A DNA stretch of 64,000 nt from Flavobacteriaceae bacterium (GCA_965662045.1 CBFIGE010000008.1:33291-97290), one strand, 5' to 3'; counted from the first letter of the stretch, positions 28,368-41,696 are shown. Numbers and translations: made by a program. The notes: a model not told the origin generated them from the sequence alone.

Positions 28368-28694
28368 TTATTCTTCTCTCTCAGTATTTCTGAAATAGAT
28401 TTTGTCGTTTAACCACTCCTCTACGGCTAATGCGTGTGGCTTAGGAAGTTTTTCATAAAATTTTGAAACCTCAATTTGCTCCTTATTTTCGAAAACCTCT
28501 TCAAGATTATCACTGTAAGTGGCAAACTCTTCTAATTTTTCAAGTAACTCTTTCTTGATTTCTGAATTAATTTGAATCGCTCTTTTGGCTACTACCGAAA
28601 TGGATTCATAAATGTTTTCAGTTTTCTCATCAAATTCGTTCTTATCAATTGTTGTAGTTGATACAGAAGCGCTAGTATTTCTCAAGTTTGCCAT
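28368..28694 (-). CDS. rpoZ: DNA-directed RNA polymerase subunit omega (Bacteroidota type)
   Basis: 108 aa. NIYESISVVAKRAIQIN matches the omega core helix. Conserved position upstream of coaBC. Confidence 0.7.
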   Translation of the reverse strand: MANLRNTSASVSTTTIDKNEFDEKTENIYESISVVAKRAIQINSEIKKELLEKLEEFATYSDNLEEVFENKEQIEVSKFYEKLPKPHALAVEEWLNDKIYFRNTEREE

Positions 28695-28712
28695 ATTTAA
28701 TAGGGTATAATA

Positions 28713-29585
28713 TTATTTTTCTGTAGTGGGTTCTGTCGTTTCGGTCGCATTAATTCTACTAAAATCAACCTCTCCTTGCAGACCGGCATCAATAATTGAA
28801 AAGAGCATTAAAGATTCTTTTTCATATTTGGATTGAGGATAATTCTTTTGAAATAAATCAAAATACTCCTTAGCTGTTTTAAAGCGCTCCTTCATTTTAT
28901 CAAAAGTACTGTTCATAGCTAATTGGGTTGATGATTTCATTCGAATATAATATGCTTCTTCTCGGTAAATAGAGCCTGGGTTTTCAGATATAAAGTTATC
29001 CATGGATTTCATAGAAGCCTTTAGAACAGGAAAGTTAAACTCACCTAAACGATCAAATTGTTTACCAATTTCGAATGCCTTGAGTTCTTTTTTAATTCCC
29101 AACTCGATAGCCATTTCACTCGCCTGATCAAAGAATTCTGAATTTGGATAGGTATTGATAAATAATTGTAGTTTAGACAGTGCCTTATCTGTATCAGATT
29201 GATCTAAAGAATATTTAGGAGACAACAAATAGTAGCTCTTCGCCTCATAAAATTTAGCTTGTTCCCTTTTGTCAGAACCAGGATAAGACTTTATAAATCT
29301 ATCGAATTGATACGACGATAAATAATACGACTTGGTTTTAAATTGGGCATCCGCAAAGAAAAATGACAAACGCTCACCTTGTGGTTTACCAACATATTTC
29401 GGAGCGATTAATTCAAAGAGGTGCTTTGCACGAGGGTAATCTTCCTCTTCGTAATACTTCATAGCATACTCGTACATCTCCTTATTGTCGTTGTTTTTTA
29501 ATACTTTTTGATATTCGTTACAAGAAACAAACAGACAAGTGAATAATGTTAAAAAGGTCAACCTTTGTAATTGATTTCTAAGCAT
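28713..29585 (-). CDS. bamD: outer membrane protein assembly factor BamD (TPR lipoprotein)
   Basis: 290 aa. Lipobox FVSC and repeated TPR-like Y..A......Y..A segments. Confidence 0.75.
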   Translation of the reverse strand: MLRNQLQRLTFLTLFTCLFVSCNEYQKVLKNNDNKEMYEYAMKYYEEEDYPRAKHLFELIAPKYVGKPQGERLSFFFADAQFKTKSYYLSSYQFDRFIKSYPGSDKREQAKFYEAKSYYLLSPKYSLDQSDTDKALSKLQLFINTYPNSEFFDQASEMAIELGIKKELKAFEIGKQFDRLGEFNFPVLKASMKSMDNFISENPGSIYREEAYYIRMKSSTQLAMNSTFDKMKERFKTAKEYFDLFQKNYPQSKYEKESLMLFSIIDAGLQGEVDFSRINATETTEPTTEK

Positions 29586-29594
29586 CCTGCAAAA

Positions 29595-30512
29595 TTACGC
29601 AATATGCGGCAAAGAAAAAAGCTTAATTGCCCTACAAGCTATGCTGATCTTTTGACTTAAATCTGAGGAAGCTTTAATTAGTGGTAAACGCAGGACTGAA
29701 GAGCACAATTCCATTTCTCTCAAGATAGCCTTAATACCGGTTGGATTACCCTCTATAGATGTACAATCTATCAATTCTTCTAGTTGTGAGAACAATTCAA
29801 CGCATTTTTCTCGCTCACCTTTTCGCGCTAAAGTCATCATTTTAGAAAATTGAGCTGGAATAGCAGCAGCAACAACAGAAATGACACCATGACCACCTAT
29901 TAGTTCGCTGTAAATCGCAGTAGAATCATCACCTGAAATAAGAGCAAAGTCATGTGGAACCTGATCGATTAATTGTTTGAAATGCTTTAAATCTCCGCTA
30001 GCCTCTTTTAATCCGATAACATTATCTAGCTCATTAGCAATTTTAACAACGGTATCACCATCTAAATTCACTCCCGTTCTTGATGGAACATTGTAAGCAA
30101 GAATTGGTAAATCGATGTTGGTATTTAAAAATTCATAATATGCAAATAACCCTTGTTGAGAAGGACGAATATAGAAAGGTGTTACGCACATTACTGCGTG
30201 ATAGTCCTCGCTAGGCAACATCTTAAATTCCTGACATAACTTTTGAGGACTAGTTCCGCTTAGACCAAGTACTAAAGGTACTCTACCCGAAACTTGATCA
30301 CCAACAAAACGAGCTATTTTAATTTTCTCTTCAAGGGATAATAATGGTGTTTCAGCAGTAGTGCCAAGGACTATGAAATACTGTACACCTTGAGAAATAT
30401 TGAATTCAATAATATTCTTTAAAGAATCGAAATCAATATTAAAATCGTTATGATAAGGAGTTGGCAGTGCGACTCCCAAACTGTATTGCTCACTTCTAAA
30501 ATCTATATGCAT
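29595..30512 (-). CDS. dapA: 4-hydroxy-tetrahydrodipicolinate synthase
   Basis: 305 aa. Motifs GTTAE, AYNVPSRTG and the active-site Lys context GLKEASGD. Confidence 0.9.
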   Translation of the reverse strand: MHIDFRSEQYSLGVALPTPYHNDFNIDFDSLKNIIEFNISQGVQYFIVLGTTAETPLLSLEEKIKIARFVGDQVSGRVPLVLGLSGTSPQKLCQEFKMLPSEDYHAVMCVTPFYIRPSQQGLFAYYEFLNTNIDLPILAYNVPSRTGVNLDGDTVVKIANELDNVIGLKEASGDLKHFKQLIDQVPHDFALISGDDSTAIYSELIGGHGVISVVAAAIPAQFSKMMTLARKGEREKCVELFSQLEELIDCTSIEGNPTGIKAILREMELCSSVLRLPLIKASSDLSQKISIACRAIKLFSLPHIA

Positions 30513-31022
30513 TTACTGTACTAACTTTGAAATAACAGATTTAAATGTTTCAAATTCTTTGATACTACTATCAATTTCAATGTCGTTCAGTATGTTGTTT
30601 GAAGAAGAGAATCCAATTCTAATTTTAGATTTAGATTGCAGTGAAATGAGACTAAGAATTAGAGGACTATTCTCAAAGTAATTGAAAAGCAAATCGTATT
30701 CCCTATGCACAAAATCATCAAAAAACTTATTGTTTATAGAGCCCTTCCATCCTAAATCATCTTTTGTACAATACTGTATCCCAAAAGGGACCAATTTTTC
30801 TTCTTTCTTTTTGTAACCTAAAATGAACATTCTTGTCTTTGGCACGTCAAGCGTTTCGCATAAATCGTATAATTTGTCCGTTTCGTTGAACTGATTCATG
30901 TCTACAAGAACTGCAACATTTTTGTGCTTACCGTTAAAAGCATAGTTTCTAACCGCTTTATCTGATAAATTATTTCTAATTTGCCAGCGTCCCGACAACC
31001 ATTTTAAGGCTTGAACAATCAT
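30513..31022 (-). CDS. conserved hypothetical protein
   Basis: 169 aa. No motif I can name. Tightly coupled to dapA with a 0-nt gap. Confidence 0.5.
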   Translation of the reverse strand: MIVQALKWLSGRWQIRNNLSDKAVRNYAFNGKHKNVAVLVDMNQFNETDKLYDLCETLDVPKTRMFILGYKKKEEKLVPFGIQYCTKDDLGWKGSINNKFFDDFVHREYDLLFNYFENSPLILSLISLQSKSKIRIGFSSSNNILNDIEIDSSIKEFETFKSVISKLVQ

Positions 31023-31137
31023 TGACTTTACAAATATGAAGGATTAATAGAGTTCAGGATAGATTTATTCATTGTTTTGTGAAATTAGAAACAAATTGCA
31101 AAATAAAAGATGATTTGTAACAAAATTGATGAAAAAA

Positions 31138-34007
<2,870 letters not shown>

Positions 34008-34010
34008 AGG

Positions 34011-34499
34011 TTAAAGGCTTAGGGTCATAAACACCGAACATGTGGGATGTCCAGTTTCACCTATTGGCTCATCGATGTATTCAAAACCAAAATTTTTATA
34101 TAATCGTTGAGCAGTTTGCATTTGAGGCATGGTTTCAATGTAACAAAGTGAATAGCCGTCATTTTTAGCCTCTTTAAGAACCTTTTGCATCATTAAAACA
34201 CCCAAACCTTTACCTCTTGTTTGCGGGTAGAAATACATTTTTTGAATCTCACAAATATGAGCTTCACAATTTAGAACAGGACCATATCCACAACCTCCGA
34301 GGACATTTTTATTTTCATCAACAATCACAAAATACTTTGCACGGGATATATCTCTATAATACTCATGTAGACTAAAAAGAAAAGGATCGGAGTAAGCAGT
34401 TCCTTCTTTAGGCACTTTATGTTCGATTAAAACTTGCTGAATGAGGGCTCCCATTTGTTGATTATCCTCTTGTTCAATTGCCCTTATTTTCATTTTCAA
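34011..34499 (-). CDS. GNAT family N-acetyltransferase
   Basis: 162 aa. Acetyl-CoA motif RGKGLG..MM plus Y.NFGF. Confidence 0.8.
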   Translation of the reverse strand: MKMKIRAIEQEDNQQMGALIQQVLIEHKVPKEGTAYSDPFLFSLHEYYRDISRAKYFVIVDENKNVLGGCGYGPVLNCEAHICEIQKMYFYPQTRGKGLGVLMMQKVLKEAKNDGYSLCYIETMPQMQTAQRLYKNFGFEYIDEPIGETGHPTCSVFMTLSL

Positions 34500-34532
34500 G
34501 AAACTTTTTTATTTAGATAATACCTTTGTAGT

Positions 34533-35591
34533 GTGAAGATACATGAAAAATACATGAGCCGTGCAATTCAAATTGCGCAAAAAGGGAGTATTCAAAGTAG
34601 GCCAAATCCTTCAGTAGGCTGCGTTGTAGTCATGAATGAATGTGTCTTGTCTGAGGCCCACACTTCAGGTTATGGGGGTCCACATGCAGAAGTGAATGCC
34701 CTTAGAAAAATTCCGATTAACACCAATCTGAGTGCAGCCACATTATATGTTACTTTAGAGCCTTGTAATCATTTCGGTAAAACACCACCTTGCTCACACT
34801 ACATCGTAGAAAGAGGTGTGAAAAATGTCGTTATAGGTATTGTTGACCCCAATCCCTTAGTAGCTGAAAAAGGTATTGCTCATCTTCGTAAAAATGGAGT
34901 TTCAGTCAGCACCGGAATTCTAGAAAAAGAATGTCAACATCTTCATCGACATTTTACCTGTACGATACTAAATAAAAGGCCTTTTATCCACCTTAAATGG
35001 GCGCAATCAGCAGATGGTTTCATTGCTCCTAAAGAAGTGAATCGGGCTGAAAATCACAGACCCTTTTGGATTTCTAATTATGAGAGTAAACAATTTGCAC
35101 ATTTATTGAGAACCCAATACTCGGCAATTTTGATAGGAAGTAAAACACTTTTGAGAGACAACACCGAATTAAATGTTCGGCTTTGGAAAGGACCAAATCC
35201 TCTGCGCGTAATATTTTGGGGAAATCCTAAAGTTTCTGACTTGACAATATTTAAAAACAAAATCCCCACACTAATACTCTCTAGGCATCAGACAGAAAAT
35301 GCTGACTTCCCAGATCACATTGAAGTACAAAAGGTTGCACATGACGAAGATTCCATTAAATTTCTCTTCCGTCTACTGGCTCAAAAAGGCATTCAAAGTT
35401 TGTTGGTTGAAGGAGGAGCAGAAACATTAAATTCATTTATTAATGAGGGACTGTACGACGAAATTACAGTAATAGAAAACACCGATTTAAAACTTAAAAG
35501 TGGAATTAAAGCTCCTGTTTTTAATCGGTCTTCAAGGATAGAGATTATTGAGCACCGTACAGATGTAATTAGCACCCACAAGTATGGATAA
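34533..35591 (+). CDS. ribD: bifunctional riboflavin biosynthesis deaminase/reductase RibD
   Basis: 352 aa. Deaminase Zn motifs HAEVNAL and EPCNHFGKTPPC, plus a reductase half (LLVEGGAETLNSF). Confidence 0.92.
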   Translation: MKIHEKYMSRAIQIAQKGSIQSRPNPSVGCVVVMNECVLSEAHTSGYGGPHAEVNALRKIPINTNLSAATLYVTLEPCNHFGKTPPCSHYIVERGVKNVVIGIVDPNPLVAEKGIAHLRKNGVSVSTGILEKECQHLHRHFTCTILNKRPFIHLKWAQSADGFIAPKEVNRAENHRPFWISNYESKQFAHLLRTQYSAILIGSKTLLRDNTELNVRLWKGPNPLRVIFWGNPKVSDLTIFKNKIPTLILSRHQTENADFPDHIEVQKVAHDEDSIKFLFRLLAQKGIQSLLVEGGAETLNSFINEGLYDEITVIENTDLKLKSGIKAPVFNRSSRIEIIEHRTDVISTHKYG

Positions 35592-36198
35592 ATCAAAGAC
35601 AAATTATTTTACAATTTCTAAACCCACAGAAGAGATTTTAATAAAAATCAAAAAAAGTAAATTCTTATCCTATGCTTATCCCATTCAAAGTGAAGAGCAA
35701 TGCAAAAGGTTACTGGCTATTTTAAGGGAGGAACACAAGAATGCGAACCACGTTTGTTACGCTTATCGCTTAAAGCAAAACGAGAAACACAAATACAGTG
35801 ATGATGGAGAACCTAAAAATACTGCCGGACTCCCTATCTACGGCCAACTTTTATCAAAAGAATTACAAAACACATTAATCGCTGTAGTGCGGTATTTTGG
35901 TGGGGTAAAATTAGGGTCAGGTGGACTAATCCAGGCCTATAAGCAAAGTGCATCTACAGCACTAAAAAACACACAAATTATACCATTTATTGAATTCTGT
36001 AATGCAGAAGTGCAATGTCAAATAAAAGACTACGATCGTGTCTTTCACATAATCTCTGCATTTAAAGCCAAAATTTTAGAAAAAGAAATGGCCCAAATTT
36101 GTCAGCTTAAGGTGCAAATACAAGAAAATGAGTTTGAAGTCCTTAAAAAAAATTTAGATCAATTATACCCAACAAAAACAATTTTATTATCGAATTAA
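35584..36198 (+). CDS. yigZ: YigZ/IMPACT family protein
   Basis: 204 aa. Motifs KKSKFLSYAYP, ANHVCYAYRL, DDGEP..TAG.P and VVRYFGGVKLG.GGL. Confidence 0.85.
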   Translation: MDKSKTNYFTISKPTEEILIKIKKSKFLSYAYPIQSEEQCKRLLAILREEHKNANHVCYAYRLKQNEKHKYSDDGEPKNTAGLPIYGQLLSKELQNTLIAVVRYFGGVKLGSGGLIQAYKQSASTALKNTQIIPFIEFCNAEVQCQIKDYDRVFHIISAFKAKILEKEMAQICQLKVQIQENEFEVLKKNLDQLYPTKTILLSN

Positions 36199-36588
36199 AG
36201 ACAATAGAAAATCAGGAATTGCTGTGGGTTTAAACAAATTCAATTTTACGCAGACTAAAGTTACTTTTGCCGAACAAATAAAATCGCCTTCTTTACTTTT
36301 AATTACAGTTTCAAATTGCAATTTACACGTACCTATTTCAATTAAATTTGTACATAGAATAAGCTCATCATCGTATTTAGCTGGCTTTTTATAATTGATA
36401 TTTACAGAAACTACAGGTAGGCCATAACCTTGATTTTCAAGATTTTGATAAGACATGCCTCGTGTTCTCAAATATTCAATTCTAGCGATTTCAAGATAAT
36501 TTATATACTCAGAATGATGTACAATACCCATTTGATCGGTTTCACCATATCGTACTCTAAGTTTAGTTTTATTTTGAAAGTCAACCAT
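36187..36588 (-). CDS. YbgC/4HBT-type acyl-CoA thioesterase
   Basis: 133 aa. Hotdog-fold catalytic region VRYGETDQMGIVHHSEYINYLE. Confidence 0.85.
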   Translation of the reverse strand: MVDFQNKTKLRVRYGETDQMGIVHHSEYINYLEIARIEYLRTRGMSYQNLENQGYGLPVVSVNINYKKPAKYDDELILCTNLIEIGTCKLQFETVIKSKEGDFICSAKVTLVCVKLNLFKPTAIPDFLLSLIR

Positions 36589-36734
36589 GTCGAAAATCTA
36601 TGTGAAATTTTTAAGTTTTACAAACGAAAAAAAGTTTTTTTGTAAAAAATTTATACAAATATTTGTTAAAGATTTAGAAACAGTTCAATACTGCATTCTA
36701 AAATCTAGGTTCAAATTATTATACTAAATTATCA

Positions 36735-38156
36735 ATGCCTCAAAACCACCAAGATATTTGGAAGAGTTGTCTCGTGTTTATAAAAGACAACATACAGCCT
36801 CAAGCTTACAAAACTTGGTTTGAACCTATTAATCCAGTAAACATTGAGGACAATGTGTTAAGCATTGAAGTACCGAGCAAATTTTTTTACGAATGGCTTG
36901 AAGAGCACTATGTAAGTCTTCTCAAGGTTGCTCTGAAAAGAGAACTAGGAGAAAGCGCAAGGTTGGTGTACGTTATCAAAATGTCTAGTGCTCAGACACA
37001 GACGGAACACACCGAACAAATACCTAGCTCAAATAAATTTAGAGTACAGCCTCAAGAGGTTGACGTTCCGATTTCCAAAAGAGATCCATCACTGAGAAAT
37101 CCTTTCGTAATTCCTGGAATCAGAAATATTAAAATTGATTCTCAGCTCAACAATACATACACATTCAATGGCTTTATTGAAGGTGAGTCAAACCGACTTG
37201 CTAGATCAGCAGGAATGGCAGTTGCTAATAAACCAGGTGGTACATCATTTAATCCCTTTTTGATTTTCGGAGGTGTTGGATTAGGAAAAACGCATTTAGC
37301 GCACGCCATAGGTATTGATATTAAAGAAAAACATCCAGAAAAAACCGTACTGTACATTTCAGCTGAAAAATTTACGCAACAGTACATTGATTCAGTTAAA
37401 AACAACACGAGAAATGACTTCATACACTTTTATCAGCTCATTGACGTACTAATTATTGATGACGTTCAATTTTTAGCTGGAAAAAGTGGAACGCAAGATG
37501 TATTTTTTCACATCTTCAATCATCTGCACCAAAACGGCAAACAAGTCATTTTAACCTCTGATAAAGCACCTGTTGATATGCAGGATATCGAACAGCGCCT
37601 TTTATCAAGATTCAAATGGGGACTCTCAGCAGAATTGCAATCACCCAATTATGATACTAGAATTACTATTCTTAAGCACAAAATTTTTAAAGACGGGGTA
37701 GATATACCTGAAGAAATCATAGAATACGTAGCCAAACACGTCAAAACCAACGTTCGAGAATTAGAAGGAGCCATTATATCTCTCATCGCTCAAGCTTCTT
37801 TCAATAAGAAAGATATTACAATTGAGTTAGCAAGAGTTGTTGTAGATAAATTTGTCAAAAACACCAAGAAAGAAGTGTCTATCGACTATATTCAGAAAAT
37901 GGTTGCCAATTATTTCGAAATGGATTTGGAAACACTTCAATCAAAAACAAGAAAACGACATATTGTTCAGGCTAGACAACTTGCCATGTATTTTTCAAAA
38001 AAGTACACTAAGGCTTCATTGGCATCTATCGGATCTCATATTGGTAAACGAGACCATGCCACAGTTCTACACGCTTGTAGAACCGTAGAAAATCTATCCG
38101 ATACAGATAAACAATTCAAAAAGTATATCGAAGACCTGAATAAGAAATTTGTCTAG
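36735..38156 (+). CDS. dnaA: chromosomal replication initiator DnaA
   Basis: 473 aa. AAA+ Walker A GGVGLGKTHL, LIIDDVQFL, and domain IV ARQLAMYFSKKYT..SL..IG...G.RDHATVLHA. Confidence 0.97.
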   Translation: MPQNHQDIWKSCLVFIKDNIQPQAYKTWFEPINPVNIEDNVLSIEVPSKFFYEWLEEHYVSLLKVALKRELGESARLVYVIKMSSAQTQTEHTEQIPSSNKFRVQPQEVDVPISKRDPSLRNPFVIPGIRNIKIDSQLNNTYTFNGFIEGESNRLARSAGMAVANKPGGTSFNPFLIFGGVGLGKTHLAHAIGIDIKEKHPEKTVLYISAEKFTQQYIDSVKNNTRNDFIHFYQLIDVLIIDDVQFLAGKSGTQDVFFHIFNHLHQNGKQVILTSDKAPVDMQDIEQRLLSRFKWGLSAELQSPNYDTRITILKHKIFKDGVDIPEEIIEYVAKHVKTNVRELEGAIISLIAQASFNKKDITIELARVVVDKFVKNTKKEVSIDYIQKMVANYFEMDLETLQSKTRKRHIVQARQLAMYFSKKYTKASLASIGSHIGKRDHATVLHACRTVENLSDTDKQFKKYIEDLNKKFV

Positions 38157-38161
38157 TACTG

Positions 38162-38587
38162 ATGAGGAGAAGAGTTCTTGTCGTTTGTCTAGGTAATATA
38201 TGCAGATCACCGCTCGCCCAAGGAATATTTGAATCTTATGTTAATGACAAAGAGTTATTCATCGATTCAGCCGCAACGTCAAGTTACCATCAAAATGCAA
38301 GACCTGACCACAGATCGATTAAGGTCGGTCTTAAGTATAATATAGACATTTCATCTCAACGATCCCGCCGAATAAAAGCTATCGACTTTCATGATTTCGA
38401 TGAAATTTATGCCGTAGATCAATCTATTTTTGAAACTCTTCTAAAGTTGGCACCCGAAAAAAACCTGAGGCATAAAGTAAAAATGATAGACGATAGAGAT
38501 GTACATGATCCCTATTATGGTGATGAAGATGATTTTGAAGCTGTATTTCAACAATTGAATTCCTGTATTCAAAAATTGATTTCGTAA
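38162..38587 (+). CDS. low-molecular-weight protein tyrosine phosphatase
   Basis: 141 aa. P-loop VCLGNICRSP and a C-terminal DPYYG. Confidence 0.9.
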   Translation: MRRRVLVVCLGNICRSPLAQGIFESYVNDKELFIDSAATSSYHQNARPDHRSIKVGLKYNIDISSQRSRRIKAIDFHDFDEIYAVDQSIFETLLKLAPEKNLRHKVKMIDDRDVHDPYYGDEDDFEAVFQQLNSCIQKLIS

Positions 38588-38595
38588 CTTTAATT

Positions 38596-39324
38596 ATGCA
38601 GCTAGGACAACTATTCCTTATTCCTGTGACATTGGGCACTTCTAATCCATTGGAAGTTTTACCAATCTCGATTAGAACGAAAATAGAAAAGCTAAATCAT
38701 TTTATCGTTGAAAACGAAAAAGCAAGTCGCGCCTTCATAAAATTATTAGCTCCCAACAAAAAACAAGATAAATTAAGATTTTTTCAACTGAACAAATACA
38801 CTAATGATTCTGAATTGCCTGAGTTCCTTAAACCTTGTCTAGACGGTGTATCTATTGGATTAATGTCCGATGCTGGATGTCCTGGTATTGCTGACCCAGG
38901 AGCAGCAATTGTCAAAATTGCACATCAATTAGACATAACTATCGTGCCTATGGTTGGACCAACGTCAATTATATTAACCTTAATGGCTAGTGGGTTAAAT
39001 GGACAATCTTTTGCATTTAATGGTTACCTCCCTATTGACTCGGGCCTCAGAAAACGAAAAATTAAGAATCTAGAAAAAAGAGCTAAGTCCGAAGATCAAT
39101 CTCAACTATTCATGGAAACTCCATACAGAAACAATAAACTTTTTCAAGATTGTCTAAAATATCTTCACTCTTTAACCTATTTGACTTTAGGGCTTAATAT
39201 AACTCTACCCAATGAATATGTAAAAACAAAAAGCATTTCGGAGTGGAAAAAAATTGAATCGACAATAAACTTGGATAAACAACCTTGTATTTTCGCTATA
39301 GGCAGTGAGCAAGCCTATCGATAA
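38596..39324 (+). CDS. SAM-dependent methyltransferase, tetrapyrrole-methylase (RsmI-like) fold
   Basis: 242 aa. Motifs LMSDAGCPGIADPGA, GPTSI and FMETPYRN. Confidence 0.7.
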   Translation: MQLGQLFLIPVTLGTSNPLEVLPISIRTKIEKLNHFIVENEKASRAFIKLLAPNKKQDKLRFFQLNKYTNDSELPEFLKPCLDGVSIGLMSDAGCPGIADPGAAIVKIAHQLDITIVPMVGPTSIILTLMASGLNGQSFAFNGYLPIDSGLRKRKIKNLEKRAKSEDQSQLFMETPYRNNKLFQDCLKYLHSLTYLTLGLNITLPNEYVKTKSISEWKKIESTINLDKQPCIFAIGSEQAYR

Positions 39325-40355
39325 ATCTTATTTCTATTTAACCATTTGGAATATTTTCGACTCTTCCTATTGTGCTCTCTCAAAGTTTTTGAAAAATCGT
39401 GGTAACCAGGGTTTTCGATATCAGCAACAAAGTAATAATAATTATGCTCCCTAGCATTTAATACTGCATCTATCGCAGACACGTCAGGCATTCCTATAGG
39501 TCCTGGTGGTATACCTTTATACCGGTAAGTATTATAGGGTGAATCAATTATCAAGTCTTGATATAACACTCTTTTTATAATAGTATCTCTGTCGTTCAAG
39601 CTTTCACGAATTGAATATATTACAGTAGGATCTGCCTGAAGCTTAATACCACGCTTTAGGCGATTCAAGTATACTCCTGCGATAACTGGCTGTTCCTCTC
39701 TTTTAAGAGATTCTTGGTCAACAATAGAGGCTAGAGCATAAACCTCAGCAAAACTCAATTTTAACTTTTGCGCTTTATTTCTTCGACTCTCAGTCCAGAA
39801 ATTGAGATACTCATTAGACATCTTAGTCCACAATTGCTCAGCACTCGTATTCCAATAAAACTCATAGGTATTAGGAATAAGCATACTCAGCATTTGCCCA
39901 TAGGTGAGTTCTAACTCGTTTGTTTTTACCTTACTCTTGAATGTTTCGATGATTTGAAGGCTATCACATTCTAATTTATTACCCATATAAGCCGCAAAGT
40001 CTTCTAAGTAGTCTAAATTATTAAAAGTAATCTTTAAGGGATTGTTTTTAGATCTTAAAATATTGATAATCTGATTATTATTCAATCCTTTTTGAAGTAT
40101 AAATCGACCTGCTTTAATGTTAGAAAAATACTTTTTTCGTGCTGCGACAAATAAAAAATCATCACTTCGTTCAATGTGAGGCTCTAAAATCTTCATAAGC
40201 ATCTTAGGAGATGTGTTTGTTGGAATTAAAACTTCCACCTTATCCTCTGTGAAATTTGTATTAGGCTGAAATATTTTGAGATATACACCGTAAGACAAGA
40301 CACTACAAACAACTAAACCTAATATTAAGGTGTATTTAAAAACTTTAGCAATCAT
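39315..40355 (-). CDS. mltG: endolytic murein transglycosylase MltG (YceG-like)
   Basis: 346 aa. N-terminal TM, LASIVDQES, LQADPTVIY, SPYNTYRYKGIPPGPI and YYYFVA. Confidence 0.88.
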   Translation of the reverse strand: MIAKVFKYTLILGLVVCSVLSYGVYLKIFQPNTNFTEDKVEVLIPTNTSPKMLMKILEPHIERSDDFLFVAARKKYFSNIKAGRFILQKGLNNNQIINILRSKNNPLKITFNNLDYLEDFAAYMGNKLECDSLQIIETFKSKVKTNELELTYGQMLSMLIPNTYEFYWNTSAEQLWTKMSNEYLNFWTESRRNKAQKLKLSFAEVYALASIVDQESLKREEQPVIAGVYLNRLKRGIKLQADPTVIYSIRESLNDRDTIIKRVLYQDLIIDSPYNTYRYKGIPPGPIGMPDVSAIDAVLNAREHNYYYFVADIENPGYHDFSKTLREHNRKSRKYSKWLNRNKIYR

Positions 40356-40873
40356 TTTAATTTTTTTTGAAATAAAATCTCATCCCGATAGTCTTCGTCT
40401 CGCAGAAATAATTCTTTGGTCTGATGATCTACAACAATATAATTTATTTCATTGAAAAGAGAAATACTAGCTTCGTTATTTTGAAGAACACGTGCAAATA
40501 TAGATTTACAATAGAGCACCTCTCTTAAATAAGACTCCAGAAGCAACAAAGCTTGTTTCGCATACCCTTTTCTTCGATAATTCTCGTCATAAATAATAAT
40601 TCCCACACCTATATGCTGATTGAAAGGATCATATTCAAATAAATCTAAACATCCTATCTGTCCATAATCTTGTATTTCAATAATATACTTGAATTGTCGA
40701 CTGAGCAAAATAGGCTGTTGGGCACCTTGAATGAAATCCATCAGCTCCCTTGCAGTAAACGACTTTTTAGTTCCGCTTAAATGCCAATACGCTTTATCAT
40801 TTTCGAGTTTAAAGAGAAAGTCAAAATCTGATGAATCAACCGCTCTAACTATAAGTTCTTTTTTTCTAAACAA
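40352..40873 (-). CDS. GNAT family N-acetyltransferase
   Basis: 173 aa. RRKGYAKQALLLLE motif. Confidence 0.75.
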   Translation of the reverse strand: MFRKKELIVRAVDSSDFDFLFKLENDKAYWHLSGTKKSFTARELMDFIQGAQQPILLSRQFKYIIEIQDYGQIGCLDLFEYDPFNQHIGVGIIIYDENYRRKGYAKQALLLLESYLREVLYCKSIFARVLQNNEASISLFNEINYIVVDHQTKELFLRDEDYRDEILFQKKLK

Positions 40874-40876
40874 AAT

Positions 40877-41647
40877 TCAAGAAAGCTTAATTTCTCCTTT
40901 AAATACAAAGGCAGCTGGTCCATTTAATTTAATTTGAGTATACCCCTCTGAGTCACAAACAAATTCAACACTCAATTGACCTCCTTTAGCGTGAAAGAAA
41001 AGTTTGGTGACTGATGATTTTGACAAAATATGCGCTGACAAGGCTGCTGCTGTTATACCTGTTCCACATGCAAGAGTCTCGGCCTCAACACCTCTTTCAT
41101 ACGTTAAAATTTCAAAGGTGTCCTCTGTTTTTTTGGAAACAAAATTGACATTAGTTCCTTCTATGCCGTATGTATTTCGTATCGCTCTACCCTCTTTATG
41201 AACATCGATATCCGATAAGCTATCTCTGAATTCCACATGATGTGGAGAGCCTGTATCCACAAAGCAACAATGCTCATTGAGTTTGTCGTAGTGGTTGACA
41301 TTTTGCATGTGAAGCGAAATACATTTTTCAAAAACTTCAGCACGATATAATTGGTCTTCAAAAATAAAATGAGTGTCTTCAGAAATAATACCTTGATCTT
41401 TTGCGTACTGAACAATACATCTACCACCATTACCACACATAGTACTTTTACGACCATCAGAATTGTAATAAACCATTTCAAAATCAGCTTCTTGATGTCC
41501 CTTAAAAATCATGAAACCGTCAGCCCCCACTCCAAATCTGCGATCACACAAGGTCTCAATAAATTTTCTACTAAAGATCTCCTCCTTTTTTCGAAAATCA
41601 ACTATAATAAAGTCATTACCAGCACCTTGATATTTAAAAAATTCCAT
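40877..41647 (-). CDS. dapF: diaminopimelate epimerase
   Basis: 256 aa. GAGNDFIIVD and both catalytic Cys contexts (NSDG...TMCGNG and ACGTG). Confidence 0.92.
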   Translation of the reverse strand: MEFFKYQGAGNDFIIVDFRKKEEIFSRKFIETLCDRRFGVGADGFMIFKGHQEADFEMVYYNSDGRKSTMCGNGGRCIVQYAKDQGIISEDTHFIFEDQLYRAEVFEKCISLHMQNVNHYDKLNEHCCFVDTGSPHHVEFRDSLSDIDVHKEGRAIRNTYGIEGTNVNFVSKKTEDTFEILTYERGVEAETLACGTGITAAALSAHILSKSSVTKLFFHAKGGQLSVEFVCDSEGYTQIKLNGPAAFVFKGEIKLS

Positions 41648-41696
41648 CTTTTATTCTGAGCTGATAAAATTAAGGCTCCAAATCGATAAAAAACAA

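Noticed and set aside
34500-34532. Possible FMN riboswitch upstream of ribD
   Set aside because: The spacer is only 33 nt, far too short for an FMN aptamer.
36589-36734. DnaA-box cluster directly upstream of dnaA
   Set aside because: There is no TTATCCACA or one-mismatch variant apart from a weak TTATACAAA. Loose AATCCAC words at 42125, 42304 and 42618 are too degenerate to call. This needs a PWM scan and GC skew.
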